DNA of 64,000 nucleotides. It comes from Curvularia clavata. Lineage: Eukaryota. The number at the start of each line of letters is the position of its first letter. Positions within the stretch are counted from its first letter, which is position 1. The DNA is taken from assembly GCA_023920165.1 (NCBI GenBank), contig CP089280.1:868001-932000 (forward strand), given 5' to 3'. The notes below the pieces were generated by a model, which did no database searches, had not been told where the DNA came from, and saw nothing but the letters and a program-made list of their open reading frames with translations. Both the position numbers and the translations under genes were made by a program. Below, one piece after another: positions 1 to 10,650 of this stretch.

Positions 1-1759
1 AATCAAGCGTGCGGGACCGCCAAGGACTCTACGTGTCGTTGCGACTCCAAAGACTGAAGTCCCGCCACCCTTGTCTGCGACTTCAGCACCGTCTCTGCCT
101 CAGATACCGACTGTTGATAAGCTCAGGTCCAGGCAGGCAAGCATCGCCTCTGTCAACCTACCTGGTACCCCTGCGAGTGAATTGATATCAGACACAGCTT
201 CAATCACATCCACGTCTTTCTCCCGGGCGAACTCACCTCCCCCGGTTGCTGGAAAGGTCGGAACTGCTCCCGTGAGGAAGAAAACCAAATCACAGGCTAA
301 GAAAGATCGACAAGAACGCAAGAAGCAAATAGAAGAGGAGCAGATGGAGGACAAATCAGATGTTGAGGTTGTGCAAGCTCCCATTATTGGTCGCAAGAAG
401 AAGGCAAAGAAGCCATCGAACAATCCTAAGCCCGTCCCGGCAGCTGCTAAGAGTCGGCCAGCTTCACCAAAGCCTGCTACGGTTGAGGACGAGCATAGTG
501 AAGTGCCAGTCGCCACTGCTCAGAAGACGTCTTCAGTGAAAGCCTCGGCTGCAGTTACGCCTGAACCAGAGCCAGATCGTGAAGACGCTAAGGAAAAGCG
601 CGATTATAGTGCACAGGCTATAATGGCTGATCTGCAACGTACGGGTGAACTGATTGCATCGAACCTGGAATTTTTCAAACCTCTATCGTCTTCGCTTGCC
701 CACACATCTCGCAACACCCAAAGTGGCAGTGCGGTTGCGCCGCCAGACTTGAAACTACACTTCTCGGAAGCTGACCTTGAAACCTTGGCCAAGAAGAAAC
801 CATTGCGTCTCAACAGTCAAGACGGAAAATCTGACTCTAGGACCCTCATCACACCTGGCGGGAAATTCTTCTGGGGACTTAGTGAAGAGTTGGAGGCGAA
901 GGCACTTGAGCTTGAGAAGCGTATTGATGAACTCAAGGGCCATGCTCGCTTCCATGCTCGGAAGCAAACACCCCACGGCCACGGGCTGGCTGGGCAGACC
1001 AATGACGTCCTTCCCGCTATTGCTACGGCACTGAAGGAGGCAGGCAAGAAGCTAAACACCAATGATGGTCAGCAGATGCCCAGGCTCGATGGTTCATCTG
1101 GACTACTAGGCTCGACAAGCCTTCCTTTACCACCAGTACAGGGACAGGATGCATCGGTTCCACAGGTTCCGGCGTCACAGCAACAGCAGACACCAGCAGA
1201 TGCCGGTGGTTATCTGAACCAATACGTCCTTCCCCGCACAGACAACCCCCCGCCAAACCAGCCACGTCCTGAGATGGCTGCGGTAGGTGGACCGCCGGGC
1301 GCGGGCACAGCAAACATCTCTGTCAACGCAAACAAATTTGCCAAGGCAGCAAAGGCAGTTGTCGAGGGCGGTGCGGTGGGAAGCACAGAGATAGATGGCA
1401 TGGGATTCATGGCCGCTGACAAACTGGGCGGCGTCTTCGTCCAGGGTCTTGAAGCACTTGTTGGAGCCGGCCTGGGCTACCAGTCGACACACGAGTTTGG
1501 TCTTGACAGCAATGGCAACATTACGCTTGGCCACGGTGGAGGGGGCCTAGACATGCAGGGTTTGATGAATGCAATCGAAACCACGGCCGGCATGGGTGGC
1601 TATAGTGGCAATGCGAGGAGGGGACGAGGCAGTGTGCTGACTATGGAGGAGGCGGAGCAGGCAATGCAGGCGGCACGAAAAGAGCATGATGTCTTGGAGA
1701 AGAAGCTATCAGCCCTGATTAAGAAGAACAGGAAACTGGCTCTGGGTGCCGCGAGATGA
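1..1759 (+). CDS. NOT4: 3' part of a probable CCR4-NOT E3 ligase subunit Not4/Mot2 (5' end outside the window)
   Basis: The frame is open from position 2 (IKRAGPPRTLRVVATPKTE...). A low-complexity body is followed by a C-terminal coiled coil EEAEQAMQAARKEHDVLEKKLSALIKKNRKL, which resembles Pezizomycotina Not4 C-termini from memory. RING and RRM domains are not in the window. Confidence 0.55.
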   Translation, partial: IKRAGPPRTLRVVATPKTEVPPPLSATSAPSLPQIPTVDKLRSRQASIASVNLPGTPASELISDTASITSTSFSRANSPPPVAGKVGTAPVRKKTKSQAKKDRQERKKQIEEEQMEDKSDVEVVQAPIIGRKKKAKKPSNNPKPVPAAAKSRPASPKPATVEDEHSEVPVATAQKTSSVKASAAVTPEPEPDREDAKEKRDYSAQAIMADLQRTGELIASNLEFFKPLSSSLAHTSRNTQSGSAVAPPDLKLHFSEADLETLAKKKPLRLNSQDGKSDSRTLITPGGKFFWGLSEELEAKALELEKRIDELKGHARFHARKQTPHGHGLAGQTNDVLPAIATALKEAGKKLNTNDGQQMPRLDGSSGLLGSTSLPLPPVQGQDASVPQVPASQQQQTPADAGGYLNQYVLPRTDNPPPNQPRPEMAAVGGPPGAGTANISVNANKFAKAAKAVVEGGAVGSTEIDGMGFMAADKLGGVFVQGLEALVGAGLGYQSTHEFGLDSNGNITLGHGGGGLDMQGLMNAIETTAGMGGYSGNARRGRGSVLTMEEAEQAMQAARKEHDVLEKKLSALIKKNRKLALGAAR

Positions 1760-2285
1760 GGAGATTGGCACTGGTCTGCATCTGGATGAGAAAAGTTGGC
1801 TTAGCAAGCAGCTTGACAAGCACACGCATTCTATGTAGCAAAAAGCAGTGATGAAGGTGCCTACGGTATTACTGTATCAAGTATAGTCAAAACCTTATGT
1901 TCAGTACACTCTGTGATTGTGTCCCAGCGTTCACCGCAGTCAGGACTTGTTAGAATGATGCAGTAAAAGCCACGCAAAATCCTGCAGTGTTATGCGCTAA
2001 ACAAGCCTACAAAGCACCATGGCGGACAGATTTGTTGTCACTAGCTAAGAATAGTCGGTCGTATACGAAAGGGGTGCAGTTAAGATGCACCTGACACGAG
2101 GCGGCCTCCCACTGATTCGCCCGCACAGCTCACCGCTAACGTGGGCGGAATCTCAGGGTCCACCAGCGGTTCCTGGACAAGGCCAGATTCGCAATTGCTC
2201 CAGCACCACGCTTCCTCTGCCTCTGGATTCTGTGTAGCCTTGTCAATCTCTTGACCAGCAATCGCACACTCAACCACACGCCAAG

Positions 2286-3777
2286 ATGAGTCTGCAGCCG
2301 CCTTCCCTCGCCATGAGGTCCAAATCGCCCTCTGGTGGTTCCACCAAGGCCGTCATCCTAGTAGATACTGCCCGACACCCAAGTATCGCAGCCATGTTTA
2401 CTTACACGCGCAGGTCGGAGGACCTTCTCGAGGCACCCGCTTCAGGCCTCTGTCTATGGAGTTGCCCAAGGTACGCTGTCTTGCCCCCTCCATGGCCCGC
2501 GCACCCCGCTGATGATCCAACAGCCGCTCTTCCCCGTCGCCGGCCACCCCATAATCGAGCACTGCTTCCGCGCTATTACAAACGTCCCAGATATCAAGGA
2601 GGTCTTCATTGTCGGATACTATGAGGAGTCCGTCTTCCAGCCCTTCATCAACGCCGTGTCAACCAACTGGCCGCACCTGAGCGTTAAGTACCTCCGCGAA
2701 TACCAAGCATTGGGCACGGCTGGAGGTCTCTACCATTTCCGTGATGTCATATTGAAGGGAAAGCCAGAGAAGCTGTTTGTTCTCAACGCAGATGTCTGCT
2801 CGTCCTTCCCCTTGGTCGAGATGCTGAAGCTGTTTGAGGACAAGGATGCCGAGGCCGTCATGCTGGGTACGAGGGTCGCAAACGAGGCTGCGTCCAACTT
2901 TGGTTGCATTGTCTCGGATGCTCACACCAAGCGTGTGCTGCACTACGTCGAGAAGCCCGAGTCGCACATCTCCAACCTCATCAACTGCGGAATCTACCTC
3001 TTCGCGACCGAGTGCATCTTCCCCGCCATCCGCAGCGCCATCAAGCGACGGACCGAGCGCCCACGGCTGTTGTCGTACCCCTCCAACGAGAACCTCGAGT
3101 CTTCCTTCTACCAGAACGAAGATGACGACGACAACAAGGAGAATGCCGTGATTCGTCTCGAGCAGGATGTCCTGTCCGATATTGCCGACAGCAGGCAATT
3201 CTTCGTTCTTGAGACAAAGGACTTCTGGCGTCAGATCAAGACTGCCGGTTCGGCCGTCCCTGCCAATGCTCTCTACCTCCTGAAGGAGTTCCAGGCGGGA
3301 TCGGAAGAGCTTGCTGCTCCCTCGGCCAACATTCTGCCCCCAGTCTACATCCACCCATCTGCTCAGATCGACCCAACTGCCAAGATCGGACCTAACGTCT
3401 CTATTGGCGCCCGTGTCGTCATCGGTGCTGGTGTGCGTGTAAAGGAGTCCATTGTGCTTGAGGACTCCGAGATCAAGCACGACGCCTGTGTGATGTACAC
3501 CATCGTTGGCTGGCACAGCAAGGTCGGTGCCTGGGCTCGTGTTGAGGGTACACCAACACCCGTCACCAGCCACACTACCAGCGTCATCAAGAACGGCGTC
3601 AAGGTCCAGAGCATCACCATCCTTGGTAAGGACTGTGTTGTTGCGGATGAGGTCCGCGTACAGAACTGCGTCTGTCTGCCATACAAGGAATTGAAGAGGG
3701 TAAGTCAGACGATTTTGAATAAACTATGAACTTGACTAACAATCTGCCAGGATGTTGCTAACGAGGTCATTATGTAA
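2286..3777 (+). CDS. Mannose-1-phosphate guanylyltransferase alpha-type (GMPPA-like), 4 exons: 2286-2360, 2414-2470, 2524-3699, 3751-3777
   Basis: Spliced N-terminus [31 protein letters not shown] has the alpha-type insertion in the nucleotidyltransferase motif. Also LGTAGGLYHFRD, YVEKP, WRQIKTAGSA and a C-terminal hexapeptide beta-helix. All three introns are GT..AG and restore the frame. Confidence 0.9.
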
Positions 3778-4295
3778 ATTGGCATGACTTTTGACGATGG
3801 GCAATGAACCAATGTAATGGAAGAACAACGATATCTGCCTTCTCGGTAGATGATTGCAGAATACAGCATGGGTGGTAGCAATGAGAAATAGCAAAAATTT
3901 GATACGTACGGAGATCTCAATCGGATACTCTGAAAACCAAGAAAGAACAACAACGTGCATATGTGATGCGGTTCGTAAGGTGTTGAGTACTGCATAAAAG
4001 ATGTTCTCGACTGCCGCGTCTAGCCTCAACAAGGTATCGCCGGTCAAACATGCATCATTTTTCCAACACCAACTCCGGTCATACCTTAACAAATCGCTCA
4101 GTCACACGACACCAATATCATACAATCACATTACTATAGAACCAAGTGAATTTTGAGATACCGATGTTGACAGCCTCAGTACTTATTTGTAGAGAGGCAA
4201 TTGTCTTTTCCTAGCCAGCCTACGTACCCGGTACTTTTCCGTTGTCAAAGTCAATATCCAAAGAAGTGCAGTCGGTTTCAAAAAAAGTTTCCACC

Positions 4296-5525
4296 ATGTC
4301 TGACATCGAAGCTGCACTTCACAAACTGCGAGACAAACAGCACAATGGCGCTTCTTCAGAGCCATACAGAAAACTCAACCCCACACCGGGCAAAGGATCA
4401 CGATACGACCAACCCATCGCAGCAGCACAGCAAGACGGTCTGCCCATGATAGACATATCCGCCTTTATGGACCCCCATGGCTCCCCGGAGGCCCGCTCCA
4501 CAACCGCCAAAGCCATCAACGCGGCATGCATAAACTACGGCTTCTTCTACCTAACCGGTCACGGGATCCCCACCTCCCAACTCGACGAGGTCATCCGTCT
4601 CGCCCGCGAATTCTTCGCCTTACCACTGGAAGAGAAAAACAAAGTCCAGCGATTTGACGCCGGCAGCGCTCAGGGTGGCGATGGCGCACGCGGGTACCAG
4701 GGCCTAGGCGACGACGAAGACAGCATCGGCCTACAGGATATGCAGGAGGCGATTGACTGGTACCGCGAGTGGCCTGCCGATAAACGCGAGCCTGGGGACG
4801 GTCCACCTGGAAGCGTTAAGAGTCTCCAGGGGACTAATCTCTGGCCTGATCGGCCCAAGGAGTTGAAGCCTGTGTACGAAGCGTATATCGAGCAAGTTAT
4901 GCGCGTGGGCGAGGCGCTGGTGAGTGCAATGGGTGTGGCGCTGGAGTTGGGGCCTGCAAGTACCAACGATGCAGAGGCAGAGGATGAAGAGGTTTTTAAA
5001 AGGAACTGCGACGAGTCGTTTTGGGTTATGCGTATGATTGGGTATCCGCCTTTACCTGCTACATTGTCTTCGTCCTCCACGTCTACTTCAGCAGAGGAAG
5101 GTGATGAAGATGAAACACACATCTCGCAGTTATCCTGCGGTGCACACACAGATTACGGGTGCGTTACCCTCCTCCTCACAGACGACACGCGCAACGCACT
5201 CCAAGTACAGCTTAAAGACGGTACGTGGCTAAATGCTGACCCTGTGCGCGGCGCCTTCGTCGTAAATATTGGGGATATGATTGAGCGATGGACGAACGGA
5301 CTGTGGAAAAGTACGCTGCATCGTGTTATTCATCGGGGAGGGGACAGGTACAGGATTAGTGTGCCGTTCTTCTACGAGCCGAATTTTGAGGCCGTGGTCA
5401 GGCCGCTGGAGAAGTGTGTGCAGATGACGGGAGGCAAGAGAATTCATGAGGGGAGCACGTATGGCGAGCATTTGTTGACAAAGGTGTTTAATAATTTTTA
5501 TTACAGTAAGAGGACGGATTGGTAA
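4296..5525 (+). CDS. 2-oxoglutarate/Fe(II)-dependent dioxygenase (IPNS/DIOX_N family)
   Basis: LPMIDIS...ACINYGFFYLTGHGI (DIOX_N), HTDYG (HxD), NIGDMIERWTNG, STLHRV (distal His) and RIS (RxS). ATG in ccaccATG context. Confidence 0.88.
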   Translation: MSDIEAALHKLRDKQHNGASSEPYRKLNPTPGKGSRYDQPIAAAQQDGLPMIDISAFMDPHGSPEARSTTAKAINAACINYGFFYLTGHGIPTSQLDEVIRLAREFFALPLEEKNKVQRFDAGSAQGGDGARGYQGLGDDEDSIGLQDMQEAIDWYREWPADKREPGDGPPGSVKSLQGTNLWPDRPKELKPVYEAYIEQVMRVGEALVSAMGVALELGPASTNDAEAEDEEVFKRNCDESFWVMRMIGYPPLPATLSSSSTSTSAEEGDEDETHISQLSCGAHTDYGCVTLLLTDDTRNALQVQLKDGTWLNADPVRGAFVVNIGDMIERWTNGLWKSTLHRVIHRGGDRYRISVPFFYEPNFEAVVRPLEKCVQMTGGKRIHEGSTYGEHLLTKVFNNFYYSKRTDW

Positions 5526-5601
5526 GTGTGTTTGGGGTAGAAATAGGGCTTAGTGGTATGTACCTATGTGTCTATATGTATATATACGTGGATGTTTGGA
5601 T

Positions 5602-7683
5602 TTAGATACCACCTTTGAGATAGTAATCCAGGGGATATCCCAACCAAGCACACTGCTCCACGTCCTGGTACCCCACGCTCTTACTCGGCCAGTCCAGGAA
5701 CCTGATTTCATCGCCGCTTTGGGGCGTAGCATCGACCTGCTTCCAGGGACCAAACTTCTTCGCGCCTTCAACTTCTTTCTCATAGCCCCTCACATCCAAG
5801 TAACCTAGGCTGGGGTTCGGATCACCGTTCCTGATAAATGACGCAAAGTAACCCGTGGTAAGCTGCTCACTCCACAGATCCTTGGGTTCACGAAGAGTGG
5901 TCAATGTACCGAACATCCAGCCTGTTTCTGAGCCGTGGAGACGGAAGTAAGGGTTCTCGGGGTTGTTGTTGGCAGGGCCACCGAGGTTGTTGGGATCGTA
6001 GCCACCAATGGTGCGCTCGAATTGGTAGAAGTAGGATTTCGAGAAGGCGCGTGAGCGGGCGGCTGAGTAGACAGTGGATTGGTCGACACAGCGGAATGTC
6101 TTGTCCGTGGCGATGCGTTGTGAGACGTTGAACGAGTCGAGTGTCAGGTTTCCTGTGTTGATCAGGGGGAAGAGACCAGAGTCGATGATGCGCTGAGCCC
6201 AGGTGCTGTTGATGCCAAGGGCCACTTCAAGACCCTGGGTATGGTTTGAAATGGGTGTCTTGGGGTATGTGGAGAAGGAAGCTCCGTCGTCGCGGGTGAT
6301 GCCAAACATAACGGGTACGTGTGCAGTGCTAGCATTGCGAGTTGTGACGATGAGGTTGGATGTGTCAACGTAAGTTCCATCCTGAACGACATAGCGAGCC
6401 ACTGTGTTAAAGTTGACTATCTTTGCTGCATCGACTTGCTTGAGACAATCGATTTGAGTAGATAAACTGGTGCTGTTGCAACCCGCAGCGGCAAAGATCT
6501 GCTGGCCTGCTCGTTCGTAGCTTTCCTCGATAGTTAGGTAGGTCGAGTATGTTGTTCCGTAATCACCGTCCAGGCCCAAGGTTACGCCTCCTCCTAGATT
6601 AGACATGGGGATTGCACCTTGAAACTTTCCAATCGATTTTGGCGAACCCAGGTGTACACGCACTGATCCGGCACCTGCAGAACCACCAGCAATGGTGATT
6701 CTATTGGGATCACCACCAAAAGAAGCAATATTGGCGATGACCCAGTCCATCGCTACAATTTGATCCTGAATGCCAAAGTTGCCCTTGACATCCGTTCCAG
6801 GAATAGCCAGAAATCCGAGCGTGGAGAGACGGTAGTTGATGGTTACAACGACGAGATCTTCCTTGCTTGCCAAGTTACCACCATCTGTGAGCGGGTCTGA
6901 ACCGACGCCTCCTGTGAAGCCTCCGCCGTGGATCCAGAACAGCACCGGCCGGAGATTCTTCTTGGAGCCAGATTTGGGAATGTATGGTGTCTGGATACCC
7001 AGAAATAGACAATCTTCGCTTCCACCGCCGCCCTGGATACATTGAGATCCGTGGCTGGTAGCTTGGATAGTTTGGCCCTTCTTGGAGTAGATGGAGGAGT
7101 ACTGAAAGCGCTGGGGTTTGTCGGCGTACGGAATGCCCAGAAATCGGAAGGACTTTTGGTTGCGGTAACCAACGAACGTGTTGCCTCCAGACGCGACTGA
7201 AACACTGCTGCCCTCGACAAATCCAGCATTTCGCGAACCATTGTTGAAGGATTGCGTGCACAAAACTGGTAATTGTTTGCGACGCTCTGGAGACGATGAG
7301 TAGCTTACGCGGTTGCCTACTGAAACGACTCCGTTATCGATGTGGTAGCCCTGCTCAGAGTTGCTATATTTGGCATAGTCCTGGTACGAGAGGGCATCGT
7401 TAAAGTCGTCCTGGTGCTGCTCAAGAGTAGCTCGAGTGATGAGCTTCTCGTTCAAGGAAGCGCAGGCTGCTGCTGCGCTGGCCTGAGGAACAGGGTCGAG
7501 GATGATGGCACCGATGTGGTTTTTGTCGTCTGATCCATTGAGATTGTTCTGATAGATCAAAGTCAAAGACGACTTTGCATTCGATACACTGGGGACAGCG
7601 TTCGATTCCGCTACTGGGGATGCCTGAGAGACAGCTGCCAAGCCAGCTGCAGCTGCAGCAACGAGAGTGGCTAGTACAGTCAT
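5602..7683 (-). CDS. Secreted type-B carboxylesterase/lipase
   Basis: Signal-like MTVLATLVAAAAAGLAAVSQA, FLGIPYA, SEDCLFL, WIHGGGF oxyanion loop, NYRL and GGSAG nucleophile elbow. Single exon. Confidence 0.88.
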   Translation of the reverse strand: MTVLATLVAAAAAGLAAVSQASPVAESNAVPSVSNAKSSLTLIYQNNLNGSDDKNHIGAIILDPVPQASAAAACASLNEKLITRATLEQHQDDFNDALSYQDYAKYSNSEQGYHIDNGVVSVGNRVSYSSSPERRKQLPVLCTQSFNNGSRNAGFVEGSSVSVASGGNTFVGYRNQKSFRFLGIPYADKPQRFQYSSIYSKKGQTIQATSHGSQCIQGGGGSEDCLFLGIQTPYIPKSGSKKNLRPVLFWIHGGGFTGGVGSDPLTDGGNLASKEDLVVVTINYRLSTLGFLAIPGTDVKGNFGIQDQIVAMDWVIANIASFGGDPNRITIAGGSAGAGSVRVHLGSPKSIGKFQGAIPMSNLGGGVTLGLDGDYGTTYSTYLTIEESYERAGQQIFAAAGCNSTSLSTQIDCLKQVDAAKIVNFNTVARYVVQDGTYVDTSNLIVTTRNASTAHVPVMFGITRDDGASFSTYPKTPISNHTQGLEVALGINSTWAQRIIDSGLFPLINTGNLTLDSFNVSQRIATDKTFRCVDQSTVYSAARSRAFSKSYFYQFERTIGGYDPNNLGGPANNNPENPYFRLHGSETGWMFGTLTTLREPKDLWSEQLTTGYFASFIRNGDPNPSLGYLDVRGYEKEVEGAKKFGPWKQVDATPQSGDEIRFLDWPSKSVGYQDVEQCAWLGYPLDYYLKGGI

Positions 7684-9239
7684 CTTGAATGTCAGGGAAG
7701 AGACTTGACCGACAGCTGAAGTATCACTCTCGTGCATCCTGACCTTTTTATACAGCACCGGCAACCCGGATGTCGCCAGGGTCGCAATTTACCAACCGTA
7801 GCGTACGTCCTAGGCAGTGGTATTCTGCAAGAGGCTATTGAAATAAGCATTTTACCACGGCTATACCCCAGAAACCGCTAGGTAGCTCAATACCTAGGCA
7901 GGGGCACTGGCAAATATCCTAGTGCAGGTCGGCAATACGATGTATTTGGTTGATCCAAGAATTGTGCTGGCGGTGACAACCATGTAGCACTGTCAAGGCA
8001 AGTTTTGCATCCCATGCATAGTGCTGAGAGTACTTTCGAGATTTTCTCAAACACTCAATAGGTGCTTACTTATTGTCTGAGGCTGAAGGGGGTTATTGCC
8101 GCTGTGAGATGTACTATAACAGAGGTATCCAGACCGGATCCGCGGTCAAGGCAGGTACATTTAGCCGTTTAGCCATCGTGTACTGTGGCTTGGGGAATGC
8201 ATCATAGACTAACGAATAGCGCATGGGTTAGATTGGAGGTATTCCGGGAATATTCGCGGGGTTCTCGTTTTCTGGTCTGGGGAAACGGAGAAGCGGAGGT
8301 GTCATTGGGTCATGGTACCGGGTTGAGCAGAACAGAGCTTCGGTTAGCACAACTCCATACTTTCATCTCAAAAAACAACGTCTTCCATAGTTCGTTGCCA
8401 TTGACCTTCGCTTCACTGGAAAACGGTATTAGTGTATGCGCCGTCACGTTTCTTCCATGCTGGATGAGCATAGACGACTGCGCTCCATACGCAAATAAAT
8501 CGTATTGTTGACAATTTACTCGACCCTTCCCTTGATCGGATAGCTACTACAGAGCATTGAATCTTCCCATAAATTGTTCCATGGGCCAAATTGCATGGTA
8601 GTAATCGCTGTTTTTCTTCTAGATGACAGTTGTGTGGGTTTTGTTCACGTAGTTGGTGTGCGTCCAAGGTCAACGTATTGAGGACATCGTCATATGAGTC
8701 GAGAAAGTAGCGGGGTGGATGAACTTGGAGTCTGTGTGAATCTAGAGATGAAGATCTCGTAGGATGTATCGATGGGTATTTATCGTTGCGGTGGGTCGAG
8801 TTAGCTAGAATCTGGTACATCGGTAGCCGCAATATTGCGGCGCAGCACGTTCCTATTTGAGCAATCCTCAAAATCATTGTGCTCTGGCAGGGATTAAGCA
8901 ACGTGAATATTTCAAGAATTGCTTTGTCGCCTTCGAATACAATCGAACCGCTTTCTCAAACGTAACTCAGCATGGCTATGACAGCACGAGGTGATTTATA
9001 TTGAACCAGGCTGTAGTAGGCCCCATACTTCTTGCCGTACAAGCCAGTATTCTATCCATACTCTAGCTTCAAACAATCAGGACGTATGGAGGCTGTAAGC
9101 ACTTTCAAGCCCTTTCTGAGTAACTATACCACCCTAGCCGAGTTTGATAGCTAGACGAATGAGGTTGTGGCAGATCCTGCGGGTGCTATTTCGTAAATCC
9201 GGTTGTCACAACATATTGTATCCAAACCACCTTTCTGAT

Positions 9240-9358
9240 ACATACGACCATAGGAATTTGAGACCTGGGATCCCCGTTCGATCATCCCTACATAAGCAAA
9301 TTACCGGCGGGCTAGTAGTCAGGTGGGAGACCACTGGCGAATCCCCGCTGTTGTATGT
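9240..9358 (+). rRNA. Dispersed 5S rRNA gene
   Basis: 119 nt, ACATACGACCATA...GCTAGTAGT...GCGAATCC...GTTGTATGT. Helices I-V can be paired by eye, and an oligo-T Pol III terminator follows. Confidence 0.95.
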
Positions 9359-9364
9359 TTTTTT
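9358..9364 (+). terminator. RNA polymerase III oligo-T terminator of the 5S gene
   Basis: T run immediately at the 5S 3' end. Confidence 0.8.
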
Positions 9365-10650
9365 GAAGATTTTTTGACCAAAGTCACGTGGACGATATAG
9401 ATCGCGAAATAGCATCATCGAGATTTTACAATGTTGGCAGTCGAAGTAAGGAAGGCCCTTGCGGTCAGACAGTAGACGTTCAGAGCTTGACTATGTTTGT
9501 TTCAAAAAAGCAAGGGGGTAGCGTGCCTCATCACAGGGTTGATAGTGGGAGTGGTCGAGGGAAGCATGAGCCGTGGAGTGATCACGTGGCAGTGCGGCTG
9601 AAATTACCACGGCGCTCACTACGTCTCCCATCTCCCCACCACATATATGCTTTGTGTAAGTTCGCCTTCTGTATGTCCACGTCAACCTTCCGATATTCCC
9701 GCAAACAAACCACACATGAGTACAAAGAGTAGCACAACATACTGGCACCCTTGTTCTAGTAGCGCCACATGCTATCGCTCCGCCGCACCGCTATTCGTCC
9801 CCGTCGATCGTCATGGTGGAGCCCGGAAGCCCGGAGCTGTGATTTCCATACGACGCTGTTTTCAATTCCTTCAGCATGGGCTGCGGATACTGCATTAGTA
9901 TTCATTCTAATCAAACTTGAAGTAATCCAACGGCAATACTGATTACTAGTAGGATGCCTGAACTGCGCAGCCACAGGGCTCAGCACCCCTGGATACATAC
10001 AGAAGAAAAACAAAATCGATGGCGGCCTGACAGCAACACAGCATTCATTGCCAAGCTCTAAACACTAGCGAGGATGTTTCGGGCATCAGAAACTGGAAAA
10101 AGAGACGATTTATGCTGATGATGGTGTGGCTGTTCCTCGGTGCTCTCGTACCCCTGGCAGCGCTCCACATGAAATTACGCGCTACCAGAGGGGTGTGCCT
10201 AATGCGCTCACTCGGATGGCCACGAATGGCCAGCAATGTGGCCGGCTTATCCGACGCTTCGATCAATAGAGTAATCAGAACAAGTGACGGTGATGGCCTT
10301 AGAGTACGGCACGCGACTGTCAGCAGTATTGGGCCAGTGATGTGATGGTTTAGTAATAACGATGATGGAAATAGAATGGGCCAAGACTGGATCGCCAGGG
10401 TTTCGGGGCTCCAGCCACAACAAGGTGGCTACTTGATGCAGACTATCGTATGGGATGAGGTCAGACCGTCCTAGCGCTTCCTGTTGTTTGAAGCGGAGTG
10501 GGAGCACAGCCTTATGTGGGTCGTTCCTGGCGCCTCCCATTCAGTTTGAACGCGACATTTAACATGACCGTCTGCTGCACGTCTCAGCGGGATCTAGCAT
10601 TCGCTTTCCCGACCCCTTTCCTACCTTGGCGTTGATTGTCTCTTCACAGA

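Noticed and set aside
2659..3573. 304-aa antisense ORF over the GMPPA-like gene (similar ones lie over MPG1, the Zn2Cys6 gene, UBI4 and CDC24)
   Set aside because: These are shadows of biased codon usage on the coding strand and show no domain signal.
8413..8901. 162-aa minus-strand ORF before the 5S gene
   Set aside because: Non-ATG start and no recognisable motif. It could be a decayed gene fragment, but I cannot support that.
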